NCBI GenBank assembly: GCA_002633005.1
Contig: NMRA01000195.1
Location: 162,559 to 226,558 of the forward strand
Origin: Phoronis australis
Taxonomy: Eukaryota; Animalia; Phoronida
Direction: 5' to 3'
Length of the DNA stretch: 64,000 nt
Made by a program: the position numbers and the translations under genes. Shown piece by piece: positions 1 to 13,671 of the stretch; positions within the stretch are counted from its first letter, which is position 1; every line of letters begins with the position of its first letter. The notes under the pieces are model-generated. The model saw only the letters and a list, made by a program, of their open reading frames with translations, had not been told where the DNA came from and did no database searches.

Positions 1-680
1 CCCACCAACACTGCCCCCTAGTGGTAATTTCATTTTTCTGTTTTCCTCTGTTTCTCTGATGAAGTTTTATGAAATTTGTTAAATAGCTTTCTTTTAAAGA
101 AATGGCAACATTTTCTGGTTTTCAGACGGATTTGACGTTTATGGGTGCATCCAGTGGCCATTTTTTTGGTGTTTTCTAGTCTGCTTGGCCTCCGTCCTGT
201 GTCAACCAAACCACTCCAAGGATGATTGTGAAAATTGGACTACACGTATATTTGTTAGTATGAGGAGGGCGGTTGACAATGATTTTCCGGCTTCAATTAC
301 TGTGGCGCCTCCTAGTGGCATTTTTTCGCCCTTAGCTGTATCTCCTAAGAACTCTGAAGAATACTTATTAAATTTAGCAAGTTGGTGTATTTATATGACG
401 TTGATAACGGAAGACGACAACTTTCAGACGAATCCGATGAACCTTTGTCCCCTAATGACATTTTTATTTTTCCGTTTGACTAATGTTTCTTGAAGGATTT
501 GCATGAAATGTGGTAAATAGCTTTCAGTTGAAAAAAGCGCCGACATTTTCAGGTTTTTGGTAGATTCTAAGTATTTTGCACTGTCTAGTGGCCACTTTTA
601 TGATACAAATAAACACCCTAGAGGCAATCCGTTTGCAGTGCATTAGTGGGCGCATTTCAACGCTCCGCGTTGCTCTTGTT
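1..680 (+). mobile_element. 3' part of a Helentron-associated (HINE/DINE-1/pearl-like) element with ~140-bp internal subrepeats
   Basis: Diverged subrepeats centred on (C)TAGTGG motifs at ~12, 148, 305, 446 and 580; 40-130 resembles 470-565. Ends with the hairpin CAACGC-tcc-GCGTTG (658-672) followed by CTCTTGTT, the usual HINE 3' architecture. Confidence 0.5.
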
Positions 681-934
681 ATTTATGTAAATATCTATGC
701 ACGGTTTTCTGATTGCTCAGATTATACTTTGCTACATGGTGTGACCCAAATTTGCAATAGGTAAAACCTTTGTATAATTTCATTTAAAGAATTATAGTGA
801 GTAACGTGCGTATTTTTGGGTAGGTTGTTCAACCGATGGTTATAAGGTGTAACGATCAGAACAAAAAAATGTCACACGAAAACAGTTGCGGGTTCCCAGG
901 GAGGCTGTGGAGTATACGTACATGTACATGTATG

Positions 935-1140
935 TATAGCAACACCTCCGCTCTTCCTGTTTCTGTCACGTCTTAGAAGATCAAATCCGTCTATATTAAC
1001 TTCAGAATCCTCGACCATTGATGAGAGCCAAGTTTCATTTAAACACAAGATATCAGTGGTGCTCTGGCTCATAATCAATCTCAGACCATCAACCCGATCT
1101 AGGGGGGAAACGATGTTTAAATGAGCAATACCAAGATCCT
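935..1140 (-). mobile_element. CR1/L2-group LINE ORF2 apurinic-like endonuclease (EEP) N-terminal fragment
   Basis: Minus-strand translation LGIAHLNIVS...DILCLNETWL...IDGFDLLRRDRNRKSGGVAI carries hallmark LINE endonuclease motifs. Truncated at a TACATG run (~917-936). Confidence 0.85.
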
Positions 1141-2385
1141 TAGCGAACTTTAATGAAGACAGTTCGGGATCCCATAATTCTCTTTTTGAAATGTCAATTG
1201 ATGCCCTGGTAGAATCTTTTTGTCCGTCTCTGTGAGGTACATATTCTCGTGGTTTTGGAATAAGCAGTCATCAAAGTCAAAAATACTTGACAATGAACTT
1301 TCACGTTGGTATACGACTGCTGTTGTATCATTACATATATGTAGAGCCCCATGGTTTTTAGTCATTGCTTGATCCTGGGCTTTTATCATGATTTGTGACT
1401 ATACTGTAGCTCACACTTAAAGCACTTCATGCGGCTTTGCAATTCCATGCAAAACTTTGAGCCTCACAACAAAACAATTCGTTGACCACGGTGAGCGAAA
1501 ATTGGGAAATTATTTGACCTTGGTGACTCACGTTTGGAAAATTGACGTGACCACAAGAGAGCTGAGTTTTGTAAATATCAAAAAACCAGAAATCCATGAT
1601 CAGTTTTCTAGATTTGTCTTCCAAAATAGTACATGTACCTCTAGTTTGCTTTCGAATATGCTTGTTCTCTGCACATGTACAGTACTAATATAGAGCAAAA
1701 AATCAACGTACACGATGCCCTTTTTCGGGCAATACAAGCAATTGCAAAAAAATAACACTGTACATACGGGAACAGCCATCCTCAGCAAGACAGTTAAATG
1801 AAGTGCCTATAAGTACTGTACATGTACATCTGCTTTCCATGTTGAAGTTCTTTTTTTCTACATCTTCAAGTATTGGTAGTTTTTTAATTAAGGGTTGGTG
1901 TATGATTCGAAAACAAACCGTGCCATTTTCCAATGAGGCACTTATTGCTCGTATTCCAGACATAATGTACATGTAAGGGTAGGAGAGTAAACACTGTCAT
2001 TATCTCTTCTTCTTTTGAAATGAATGGTATTTACTAAACAATTGTATTATTATGTTTTATGCCCGCGGATGTACAAGGTACTGAGCGAGTAATACTGTCA
2101 CATGACCTTACACATGTATATTTCTATGGGTGTAGGATGTCTCCCCAAATAACAAACTATTGAAAATAACCCCTCATCCTTTCAGATTATCACCTTTCAA
2201 TACTGTTTTTCTAAGTAAGAAAAGCGTTTTGGACAATACGATTTTGAGTAGGTTAAATAAATGTCCAATCCGACAGCATTGTCTACTCATTTTACGGTCA
2301 CCTGTTGAACTCCATGATCGACATAATTGTATAATATAAAGTAAACATCGTGAACTCGCACCAAGCTTTCAGGGATTAAAGGGTG

Positions 2386-3474
2386 CGACAAAATATTGAA
2401 CACGCTACAACACGTCAAAATATTGAACACGCTACAACACGTCAAAATATTGAACACGCTACAACACGTCAAAATATTGAACACGCTACAACACGTCAAA
2501 ATATTGAACACGCTACAACACGTCAAAATATTGAACACGCTACAACACGTCAAAATATTGAACACGCTACAACACGTCAAAATATTGAACACGCTACAAC
2601 ACGTCAAAATATTGAACACGCTACAACACGTCAAAATATTGAACACGCTACAACACGTCAAAATATTGAACACGCTACAACACGTCAAAATATTGAACAC
2701 GCTACAACACGTCAAAATATTGAACACGCTACAACACGTCAAAATATTGAACACGCTACAACACGTCAAAATATTGAACACGCTACAACACGTCAAAATA
2801 TTGAACACGCTACAACACGTCAAAATATTGAACACGCTACAACACGTCAAAATATTGAACACGCTACAACACGTCAAAATATTGAACACGCTACAACACG
2901 TCAAAATATTGAACACGCTACAACACGTCAAAATATTGAACACGCTACAACACGTCAAAATATTGAACACGCTACAACACGTCAAAATATTGAACACGCT
3001 ACAACACGTCAAAATATTGAACACGCTACAACACGTCAAAATATTGAACACGCTACAACACGTCAAAATATTGAACACGCTACAACACGTCAAAATATTG
3101 AACACGCTACAACACGTCAAAATATTGAACACGCTACAACACGTCAAAATATTGAACACGCTACAACACGTCAAAATATTGAACACGCTACAACACGTCA
3201 AAATATTGAACACGCTACAACACGTCAAAATATTGAACACGCTACAACACGTCAAAATATTGAACACGCTACAACACGTCAAAATATTGAACACGCTACA
3301 ACACGTCAAAATATTGAACACGCTACAACACGTCAAAATATTGAACACGCTACAACACGTCAAAATATTGAACACGCTACAACACGTCAAAATATTGAAC
3401 ACGCTACAACACGTCAAAATATTGAACACGCTACAACACGTCAAAATATTGAACACGCTACAACACGTCAAAAT
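2386..3474. repeat. 27-bp minisatellite (CGTCAAAATATTGAACACGCTACAACA), ~40 near-perfect copies, truncated by gap N at 3475
   Basis: Directly visible. It explains the repetitive ORFs at 2287-3522. Confidence 0.97.
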
Positions 3475-4379
3475 NTTTTTTTTTTGGGGGGGGGGGGGCT
3501 AGACCTACTTGCCCTCGCTTAAATCCTCAACTGATATGTACTGCAGTTATAAACCAATCCGACAGAAAATGCATGCACTTAAACAGTTTTGGCTGACGGA
3601 AGCATTGGATAGTACAAAAGGCAGAACCAGAGTTTTTGAATGACATACATGTACATGTATGCTCGAGGCTCCTTGAAAACGCAAGGCAGACACCATAAGG
3701 TAGACAGGTACCCTGGACCTGATGGCGATCTAATAGTTCATGAGCAAGTCAAGTAGCTCAAGATTGTCACTTGTTCCGTAGACGTCAGTTAAGAAAGCAG
3801 GCGCACATCTACGTGATCATATTTAAATTCACGCGCCCACCGCGTTTCACCGCGTGAATGATGGGCGTAGGTTGTCACTGACCTGCACTAATAACTGATT
3901 CATGCCGAATGACGTCGTATGGAAATTATTTTTTAACTTGCCACTCTCACGCGACTGGCTCTACGATTGTGTTCCTGTGTATATGTCGCATAGAACTCAG
4001 CTGATTACCGATAAATAACCGCTATCACATTCATTACAACACAGGCCCGTAGCCAGAGGGGTTCGGGGGTTTGATCAAACTCCCTCCGAGGAAAAGGTCC
4101 AGCCCTTGCCTATCAGATAGGATAAGATAGGATTTACTAGATGGACAAAATTATTGAAACTACAAGTTCTACTAACCACAATCATAACCAAGTTAATAGT
4201 AATTTTGAATTTACTTCTGATAAACACAATCATCGGGCAGTATCATGGAGTTCCCCAAGAAACAAAAAATCACTGTTATCTTGTCCACATGAAAATTTTC
4301 ACGATATGTTTGTTTTAACCACTCAACAATCAAGACGACATTCCCAAAACAGATGGGGAAAAGTTTCACTGTGTTCACC

Positions 4380-6290
4380 ACAGAAAGCGCATAAAGTTTT
4401 AATTTTCATTTTGTGTAAATAATTGTTGGTTGGCAATATTCTGTGAATTAAGCGGTGTCTAAACCAACGCAATTTTTTATGTTTTGTACAATTGAAGGAG
4501 AGTCTATTTAGTTTTCGTCACCATGTATCGGGGTCAATAAAATTTACATTATTGATAACACCGTTAATATCTATCTCAGATGGCCGATTGTTTTTATATT
4601 TACAAGCTGTCTGAAGTGACTGTACTAAGGCGCCATAAATATTCCCCGCTTGTGATTTTTTATGCACAATTTCATAAATATAGATGTAACTTGGGAAATT
4701 TGGTAAATTGATGTTTTCTTGTCTATTCTTGAGGCCCCTGTACGCTGCAAAGGTTGCACTTCTTAATGCATAGAATTCTAGTATTGGAGGATGAAATTCA
4801 TAATTATTGCAGAGTTCTTTGTTCCTTCAGCTATAAACAAATCCAACGCACAATAGACTCCCCTCTGATACCATGGAAAATAGATTTTCTGCCGAATTTT
4901 ATCTTTGATATATACCACACGGGAGAGTAAATAATGTTTTCAATTTTGTCACACATTTGAAACAGGAGCCCAACATCGCTTAAAACTTCCTTCCAGAACA
5001 GATTGTCAGTTCCTTCAGCTATTTTTTACGGAAATCGCCCCCAAGTTAAAAAAAAATATCAATTTAGCAACCCATAACTGCCTTTTTCCAAGGTCTCGTA
5101 TGGTACTTGATGTGAATAGTCTACGAAGCCACGATATTTTCAAAGACTTAATAAAATAACTAACACGAAACATTTTTTAACCACCAAGATCTTCATTTTG
5201 AACAACTTCATTTCGGCTAACTGTGTCAATATTCCCATTTCAAATGAAGCTAACAAACTCGCTCTACTTCTTGAATCATGTCAATGGAGGGGATAGCGAG
5301 GGATTGAAGCAAACGAACAATCTTGAGCAATAAAAGTGTCTTAACCACGGTTATATTACCTAAAACAGTAAGAATTGTTCTTGACCAAGAGCCCATCATT
5401 TTCTTAATTTCCAAAAGCTTGCCACTATATTTAACGCCTGGCATTGTATTATAATAAGTAGATAAGTTGATTCCCAAAACATGAAAGGTTTGTTAGTCCA
5501 TAACAGGTTTTCATTGACACTCCGTTTTTGTCAGAGTCTTTTTTATTCAATCCAAACACATCTTCTCTCGATATTTGGCTTCAAACCAGAAAAAAAATGT
5601 AAATTGGTCTATTAAATTCAAAGATGATCTGATAGCTAACTCAAAACCGTCCAAAATTAAACAAGTGTCGTCAGAGTACTGAACCAGTTTAAACTCAGAA
5701 ACACCTATCCTGACCCCAGTGATGCCACCATCACGACGAATTAAATTACCCAATATTTCTACAGATAATCCAAAAAGGTAAGGAGAAACTGGGTCTCCTT
5801 AACGAAAGCCTCTCCCCATTTCAAAAAATTCAGAGAAAAATTTATGTTGGGGAACACAAAGACAAGATTTATTGTAGAGAGTTTTGACCGTGTCAATGAA
5901 GCTTAGTTTAGTATGATGATGCCTTGAGGATGAAAGACCAGGAAACCGAGTCGAAACATTTTTCAACATCGATCCTTAAGAGGAGTCCAGGACTGAAAGG
6001 GCTTAGAGTCTAAATATTAAATTACATCATATAAATTTTCATGTTTATACCTGCCTTTCATGAAATCTTTTTGGTTCTCGTTATTAAGGGGTCCGAGGAC
6101 GCTTTTTAGGCGTCTTGCAATACAACCAGACTGAATTTTGTAAGTAGTATTCAATAATGAAATTGAAAGGCAATTTTTAATGAATTCGCTTGGTTTATTT
6201 ATTTTTTTTTTTGGTATTATTGAGATAATACCAGCTTTTTCAGTTGTAGATATGTCTCCTTTGTTGATAACTTCTTCAAACGATCGGAAC
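4380..6290 (-). mobile_element. Degenerate L1/Tx1-clade LINE, reverse transcriptase to C-terminal region
   Basis: Fragments GIISIIPKK, ISLLNTTYKI..CIARRLK, VEKCFDSVSW, GDPVSPYLF, QYSDDT, LGINL and LTVLGNITVVKTL, with many stops and frameshifts. Confidence 0.9.
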
Positions 6291-7860
6291 AAAAAATATT
6301 TAAGGTCTGGACAAAAAATAATAAATCTACATTTAGTTTCGAACCGGCCGTGCGCGTAGTACCGGTGAATTTTTCTGTCGCCCTGTGAGATGATGCGATC
6401 TTGACATGAGATTGGTGAATGTATCGTGGTCTAGAATTCATTAACATTCCTACTTCATATTTTTGATAAATGCAAGTACGTACTCATTTTTCCGTATACG
6501 TACACTGTACATGTAAGACACGCTGACAATTTCCCATGCACATGGAATCCAAAAAAGTGATCTATTAGCCGGGTGTATTGTTGTCGGTATTGTTGCATCT
6601 AATGACCGAAGTGTTGCTTATTATTGCATGTAAGAGTACAAAAATTACACCTTATTCAGAAATCTTAGACATTTTCGGAGAAGTGAAGGTTCGGAGTAGT
6701 GAACCTTCAGAATAGTGAACTGGCGGAATAGTAGGCTGTTCCCATTTCCAGCGATGTACATGTAAGCAACTTTAACAAAAACACTATCCGATGAAAATTT
6801 ACGCCAAGCCAATCTCCGACTACATATTTCCATCAGAGTATGTAATGGGGTATAATCACTAATTAAAAAAACGGTTTCAAAGTTTGGCGGGAGGTATTGC
6901 CATGTGGAGAAATTCTCACTTAAACTGGTCACCGCTCATATTCCAGTAGCCCCAGACAACTTTTATGATGCCTATTCAGCTTGCACATTGTGTTGATGTA
7001 TATCTGAGCTAATGAAGTCGAAAGGTAACAGCAAGCACAACTGTCTCAAACACGATGGTTGTTATTACACCCAAATTGTTTTTTCTCTGGCATTTGCACA
7101 AACTTACAGCCGGTAAATATAGAAAGCAGTTCTAACTTGGTACATTTCAAATATTGCAAAACGACTAAATATATCTAAGTTAATTTGTGCTTATCTTGAC
7201 CATCGGCAACTTCCAAAAGAGCAATAGTTTTATGTTTCATGGTGGTTTTCGTTATTTCATTTTAATACTCATGTTGTGTTTTTCTTACCAGGGACGGGTT
7301 GATAACTTTTCATTGTATTTTTAAACTTGAAGTACCAAGAACAGTAGTAGATTCGATCGCCAGCGAAACTCAATTAGTTTAGATACTTGTGAACCAATCA
7401 CTGAACTTTCCAGATTGCAGCTACACTAAACATTTCACAGCTAACAAAACCACACGTGCCATTAGTTGAAGTTTAATCTTCTTTAGAACTCAAATCATAA
7501 AATATGTACAAAGGTGCAAATGGTGATATCCAAACTGCAGACTTATAATCTCTGGACGATTTCGGTTGCACTAAGTGCATAACTATTCTAGCTTTTTGTA
7601 ATTCATAAAAACATAGAGTGGGCACAGGTTAAATACAACTGCTACCTAATCAAAAATCTAGTTTAACGAAATTAAAAAAATATTGAAAGAATAATCCATG
7701 TGATATATTGCTAGCTCTGATAAAACAGGACTTGCAATAAATACTCATTGAATCAATTCCACCAATTGTTTCACTCGATGATTCAATAACCTGCTGTCTT
7801 TATACATGTATCTGTCTCTCTAATGCATGCATGTATTGTTGCAACTACTGCTTCTGTAAC

Positions 7861-8073
7861 TTCAGGGGGGGGTTGGCAAACGTCCACCTTAGAGACATAA
7901 AAACTCTGAAAAAATAGAAAACGAAACAAAAGTCCACTAAAAAGGCAGGGACTACCTAAGTTTGGTGAATGCACAATTCATAGCTATGCATGTACCCCGT
8001 TTTTTTCTTTTTAGTAAAAGGACCACCTTCTCAAAAATCCAAGACTCTTATTTTTTAGGCTGGATGCGCCCAT
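7861..8073. mobile_element. Degenerate copy of the CATGCGCGCACCCAG-terminated MITE family
   Basis: Internal similarity to 12700-12897; ends in GGCTGGATGCGCCCATG. Confidence 0.5.
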
Positions 8074-9892
8074 GGATATTGCAGCTTACTATGAAAATTG
8101 GGAGCGACAGTCTCCATGTGATATATAGGTAGATCTGGTTTCTGAAACCTCTCTTATTAATTCCGCCGAGAACCATGACGCGGTGGATATTTGACGCTGC
8201 ATGCAAGCCTTGCCTTGCAAGCAGCTCAGCAATCTGTTGAAGATAATCGTAACCGTTAGTCTTGCAAATATACGTACGGAAATGTGTTTGTATGGCGGGC
8301 ACAGTGTCCCGAATATTCTATTGCAGTGAAAGAGCGATACGTTTGAACATCAATTGGGTAGAGTAGCCAACAAGTGCAATTGGTTGCTAAGGATGTTCGG
8401 TGCGTTAGGGTGGGTTTCGTTGACGCAGCAATCTTGCAAAACCACGTAATACTTCAAGGACAATCGCGTTGCATTACAAGTAAAGCACGTACAATGTAGC
8501 TCGACATCATGCTATTTAATCCAAGTTTGAACAGCCTTGGCGTTTTTGCTAGTTTAGTCAACTTGGCCGATCATATAGCTACCATTGAGCAGCTGCAGTC
8601 GTTTATTCAATGAGTTATATCTGTTTTTAGTTCACGTGACGTTACCAGCTGCAAGTACATGACCCCTAAGGGTCGCAGGCGTATCACCAAACCCGTGTCA
8701 CTTATCCACAGATCAGACGTTAAAAACTCTTTTATGGAAACATTCCCACACTGACCCTTCACCGGTCAAGTATGGACAACTTGACCAGTACACTAGTATT
8801 AAGGCCTATCTTGGACGGTAACACTTATAAAGTTGGTGCAGTATTTTAGGAGCATCGCTCCGAGTCCACTAGTGCCATAAATTGATAAATGCAACGAATT
8901 GTAGGCGTACTGGCTTGCATTGGTCTACTTCATCGGGAGAATCATCTTGCGAATAGCAACCCAATGTTCTATTCATACTCCCATTCAATACAACTGCTAT
9001 CTGCCTCTTGTTTGTTCTAGGATCTCGCGGTGACGCAACATGCCACGAAAAAGCAGCTTCCCTTATCATTTGACGGGCTTACATTTGCGCAATGGAACTC
9101 GCGTTTTCTTAGTTTACTAAGGCTTTGCTAAGACTATCGGTTAGCCCAATTCATCTAAAATAACAAAATTCCGTTGAAGACTTTACAATCCGTCTCTATC
9201 TTGCCAAGTTAGCAGATGTTGTTGTTCTCTGGAGATTAAAGTAGCCTACCTGTTCGAGGCGTAAATTTAACTATTATCAAAATAGGGAAAAACACTTATT
9301 TCTTCCCACATTTCATCTTGACAGTTGTTTAAATTACAAAAAGTAGATCGTGAAAACTACACGTGGTGAGAGTTGTGAAGTTTGAAAATCGGACAAGAGA
9401 TACTTTACTTTTGTTACTTAAAGGAGAATGCCACCCACAAAACAACCTATTTTGCATCAATTTAGATCAAGTAGTTCGATAACTGCAGGATCGGTTGCGT
9501 TACCTGACACCTGACGGCAGATTGAGGTGTTGTAATTATCAAATGACGTAATTGGTTTCACACGCAGTGTGTTCAGCTGTTCACAACACGAGCTAGTGGT
9601 GTCAGCTTATCGATTGTATTCATCGGTTAACACCAATAAATCATCAAACTTCGATGAAAAACCCTTAAAAATACACTGACTTCTTATCAAAACGTGTTTT
9701 GTTATTTCGCTGTTACGAATGTACTGGTATTCGGACACACCGTAACCTACAAAGTTCGGCAGGCCAATTTATCAAGGTCCGTAGCAGGAGTTTGGGGTCT
9801 GTTCGGAGATAAATACGGCGAAATACAGACAGGAGAACCTAGATCTGTGTTGTTTAGACTTGTGTTTATTGAGTTCTAAACACCCAAAACGC

Positions 9893-10070
9893 TTGTTATC
9901 CCAGCCAGTAGCTCAGAACCCGATCAGGCCCGTCGCGGCGGAACTGACTCGTTATCCCGGCCAGTTTTTCGGAACCCAACCAGGCCAGTCGCGGCCGGAC
10001 TGACTCGTTATCCCGCCCAGTGGCTCGGAACCCGATCAGACTCGTCGCGGCCGCCGGAATGGCACGAATA
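9893..10070. repeat. 56-bp GC-rich tandem subrepeat (3 units) inside Kolobok copy 1
   Basis: GTTATCCC recurs at 9895, 9951 and 10007. Confidence 0.85.
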
Positions 10071-10935
10071 TAAACCAGCTTGAATTGGAAACTAAACCCC
10101 TAGTCACGAGAAGAATATAAAAGTGAGCCAAAATATAATGTGCACGTAATTATCTATGTGAATAAGCCAAGAAACTGAAAATCTACTTGTCGGTGGCCGC
10201 GAAGTCGGGTTCCCCTTCCGCAGACCGTAAGGACAAAGGTTGTACAGCAACAATAATTTGAATAATGTACATGTAGTTGTATTTCTTGATAAAGTTTCCC
10301 TTAACATGTGACCATAGCATATAAAATCGAGTAATTGTTTCACATCAGCTTTCTGTCAGCAAATACTGAATTAGCAAGCGCTCACACGGCATCGGTGCCC
10401 GGTCAATTGCCTTTGTTGCTGGCATCAAAAGCAGGGCGGTAACACACTGGTTTCTTCATTGCTGGCTTCTCAAACATTTGAACTCACGAGCTCTCCAAGG
10501 CATTAACATTGTATTTAATGAGACAGCCTTTGTTTCAGTTTCATATAAGCATTGGTTAGGATCATTTTAGGATGACAATAATTCATTTTGAAACAGAACC
10601 TAGAATAATAAACAGTGGAAAATCTGCGTTTTCAGGAAGGGGGGTTTAGTATTCGAGTGAATCCGAGGCGCGTAGCGACGAGCGGAACAAATGTCGTGTA
10701 AGATTTTTTGTTTTTTAGTACTTGATTTCATTTTTCTTGCCATATTTTAAATTTTTGTTTTGATCCTTTCGCAAGGGGAGTTTGAGGCCCCAGAACCCTC
10801 CCTATAGATCCGGCGCCAATACCGAATTAGTCTAGAGTTCTTCCGACGAAGATTTCACGGGTCGGATCGTTAGATTTCACAGGCAATCAGTTTGAAACGG
10901 AATACACTGATCAAGAAATACTAGAGGCGACGTGA

Positions 10936-11211
10936 TCATGCACAGGCAACGGGACGTATGGATGGATGTAGTTCTTTGGTAAGCCGGAATTCAGAGAAAT
11001 CAAAGTGGACGAAATGCCGGCCACAGACACGGTGATGCTTCACGGCCTCAAACTTGCTATTGACAGCATATCTTTCATACTCCACTACCATGAGCCACTT
11101 CCTAAGCATTTCGGGCTCTCGAGGAAGTCGAAAAAACGATATACCTGCTTTCTTCGCAGCTTCACCGTTCGGACAAGCGGGAACGATACACCTCAAAATA
11201 GCGGCATTCAC
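10936..11211 (-). pseudogene. THAP zinc-finger domain remnant of the Kolobok transposase
   Basis: CIVPAC...ISFFRLP...W...RVCGRHF...PSI matches the C2CH THAP signature. No DDE domain follows. Confidence 0.8.
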
Positions 11212-12642
11212 TCTGCAGCCGAAACACAGACGTCGCTGCGTAGGTTCTCACCTTCCTCACAGGTTAACGCGACACCTCTCGGCAACGTGATGTCGACCGT
11301 ATAAGAGGCGATGTGGACATAGATCGATTAAGACGGTAAAAAAGACTAGTTAAATCGGGTGGCATTCTCCTTTTAAAACCAGAAAAGCAGTCCATAGCCA
11401 GTAGCCTGCTTTAATGATTCGGTAGGGCGCAGAAATAATGGGCAGTTACCAGGGACCTTGAACTAGCAGTTTGGAAATGAGGAAAAGCAAGTGTAAAACC
11501 ATACCTCTGGCTAGCAGACGATATATTTCTAAAGTCTATAGCCCGGCACCAAAATCCAATCACGGTAACAAAATACAACTAGAAATGGTGGGTCGCAGTT
11601 GATGGAGAACTTGAAATACAGTATCCCTTTTCATGAACAAGCATTCTTCTTTAAAAGATTCCTGAAGTACAATGAAATGCATTTTTAATGTAATTTAATT
11701 GATGAATAAAGTCTACATCAGCAATCACTTCTTTGTTATTATTTCACATTTTTGTTAAAAAAGCGTTTTTCCAATGTTAGTTCCTATTGGCTAACGCGAG
11801 TCTGACGTCACTGAGGCTGTACTTTGGGTGAATGCAATGAGTTAAATTAAGCTTACTATCTATATAGTTCACTAGGTGAATGCCTCTCGGCTAGAGAACT
11901 GTGTTTAATGTGTATAATTTGTATACCATCTTGACTCTCAAAAGTTCATAACACAAGTTTACTGCTGTGTAGTGTTGGCTACTAGTTGAACGATCCCGTT
12001 CCCGGCACTCATGGAAAGGGCCCTGACTGCGTAGCCTTGCCTTGGTCGAAGCTGAATACTAAATAAACAGCGGCCGGTGCACCGACGTGGGTAAAAACTG
12101 ATCAATCAAATCTGACACAAAATTAGTGTCATTAAAATTAAACTCTTTCTTGGGTAAACTAAGTTATTTACTGGTGTTGAAAAAATTGAAGTTCTCCCAT
12201 TTACTCTGCTGCTAAAATTTGGGTGAGGTCTTTAAGGAAGGCTTTTGGCGCCGTCACCTGTTGCCTTATTGTCCAGTTTTGTTAACCGAGTTGTTCTTCT
12301 TTCAACCGATCGGACTGTTCTTCGAAGTTTTGTACATGTCACAAAAAATTATTTGACCAGATTAGATTTCCTTACAAGTTTTTAGTATTTAAATACCAGG
12401 AAACCGAATTTCATAAAAAATGCTTCTGCGAAACTGTCATCATCTCCCGACAGATGTCGCAAAATTTTAAGAAATAGTTCGTATTGAGCGTACTGTTTTC
12501 TTTATTACAAAAGGCTGAAAATTAAAAATATGAAATAAAATTACGTTTGCTAGATTGTTTTTCACTTAAACGGCTCCAGCGGGCAAGGTGAGTGTCGGTT
12601 AACACCCAGATACTTGCAAGCTCCCCTGCCGTTTTATAGCTC

Positions 12643-12897
12643 CATGCGCGCACCCAGAGGAGAGGCTCGGGGGTCTCGAACAAGCCCCCCCATTTGGCGA
12701 AGTGGGCAAAAAGGTCCGCCTCAGAGAAACAAAAACTGTGAGAAGATGAGACAAAAGACCCCTAAACAAACACAAACGAGCAATTCATAGTGGTGCCCCG
12801 TTTTTGTTTTTTTTTTAGTCCGCGCCTAACTTTTTGTTACCAAAGTCCACAACGGCAAGAATTTGAGCCCCCATATTGATGGCAGGGTGCGTCCATG
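12643..12897. mobile_element. MITE with CATGCGCGCACCC termini and a 5-bp TSD (AGCTC)
   Basis: TIR CATGCGCGCACCC/GGGTGCGTCCATG, flanked by AGCTC on both sides. A second copy lies at 62669-62905. Confidence 0.8.
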
Positions 12898-13671
12898 AGC
12901 TCTACATGTTAGTATAAGTTTCGCAACAAGGTGTAGTGCAGAACTAACTGGGCTATGTGAAATTTTGGTGTCTAACAGAGCTCAACACACAGTGCTACTG
13001 GTACCTAGCTGTATTTTGAAGACATATAGTCTTCATACAGCTAGCTGTCAGGCTAGGCCCCGGGATGAATCAACGTCCCAGGAAAGAAAAACGAAAAAGG
13101 TTGTGATTATGCACATATATATCTGTCGACTGGACTATGTACTCGCACGGCTAATGACCTATATCTGTTAGTGCTCTTCAGCCTCAATGATGTCTCGAAA
13201 AACTGCGCTTGCACTGGGGCTTTACGGAACCAATATTTTTTTTTCAAAGTAAAAAAAGAAAAATACTGTGCACTAGGCTATGTAAGAATATGTGGATGCC
13301 AGCAACCAACCTTTATACTTTCAAAATTCATATTAAAATGCTGAAATATGTAGTTCAGGCCTCGTTTAATATGTAGCGTTTATTTTTGTCACATTAGATT
13401 TTCATACTATGAACGTGAGAGAACAAATGCCAGTAGGAAAAGAAACACAAGGTATGAAACGTAATATAAAATTATTGCGATCCCTATCAATTCCTCATGA
13501 AATGATCGGCATCAGACAAAAAACACCTGAAGGTTGCAAGAGAAAAATTATAAACACAGATGTTCAAAACTGTAACCTGTGAGCAAAAAAATAATCATGC
13601 TGCAAACTTTGGTTAAACCCTGTAATTCTCGCGATAAAAGGGAGTCAACCACACTTCGAAGCAGAAGAAAA

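Larger units (their letters stand above)
9422..11371 (-). mobile_element. Non-autonomous Kolobok-type DNA transposon, copy 1 (full length, ~1.95 kb)
   Basis: Perfect 15-bp TIR AGGAGAATGCCACCC...GGGTGGCATTCTCCT, with TTAA on the left and TTTAA on the right. Carries a THAP remnant on the minus strand. Homologous to 61728-63662. Confidence 0.85.

Noticed and set aside
2287-3522. Three long ORFs (368-394 aa) or a CRISPR-like array
   Set aside because: These are translations of a spacer-less 27-bp tandem repeat; there are no unique spacers and no cas genes.
8048-9069. Short minus-strand ORFs as possible exons
   Set aside because: No recognisable domain motifs and no coherent splice chain.
11960-12112. 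SINE-like segment with a CAAT-type tail
   Set aside because: No recognisable Pol III A/B boxes and no second copy in the window.
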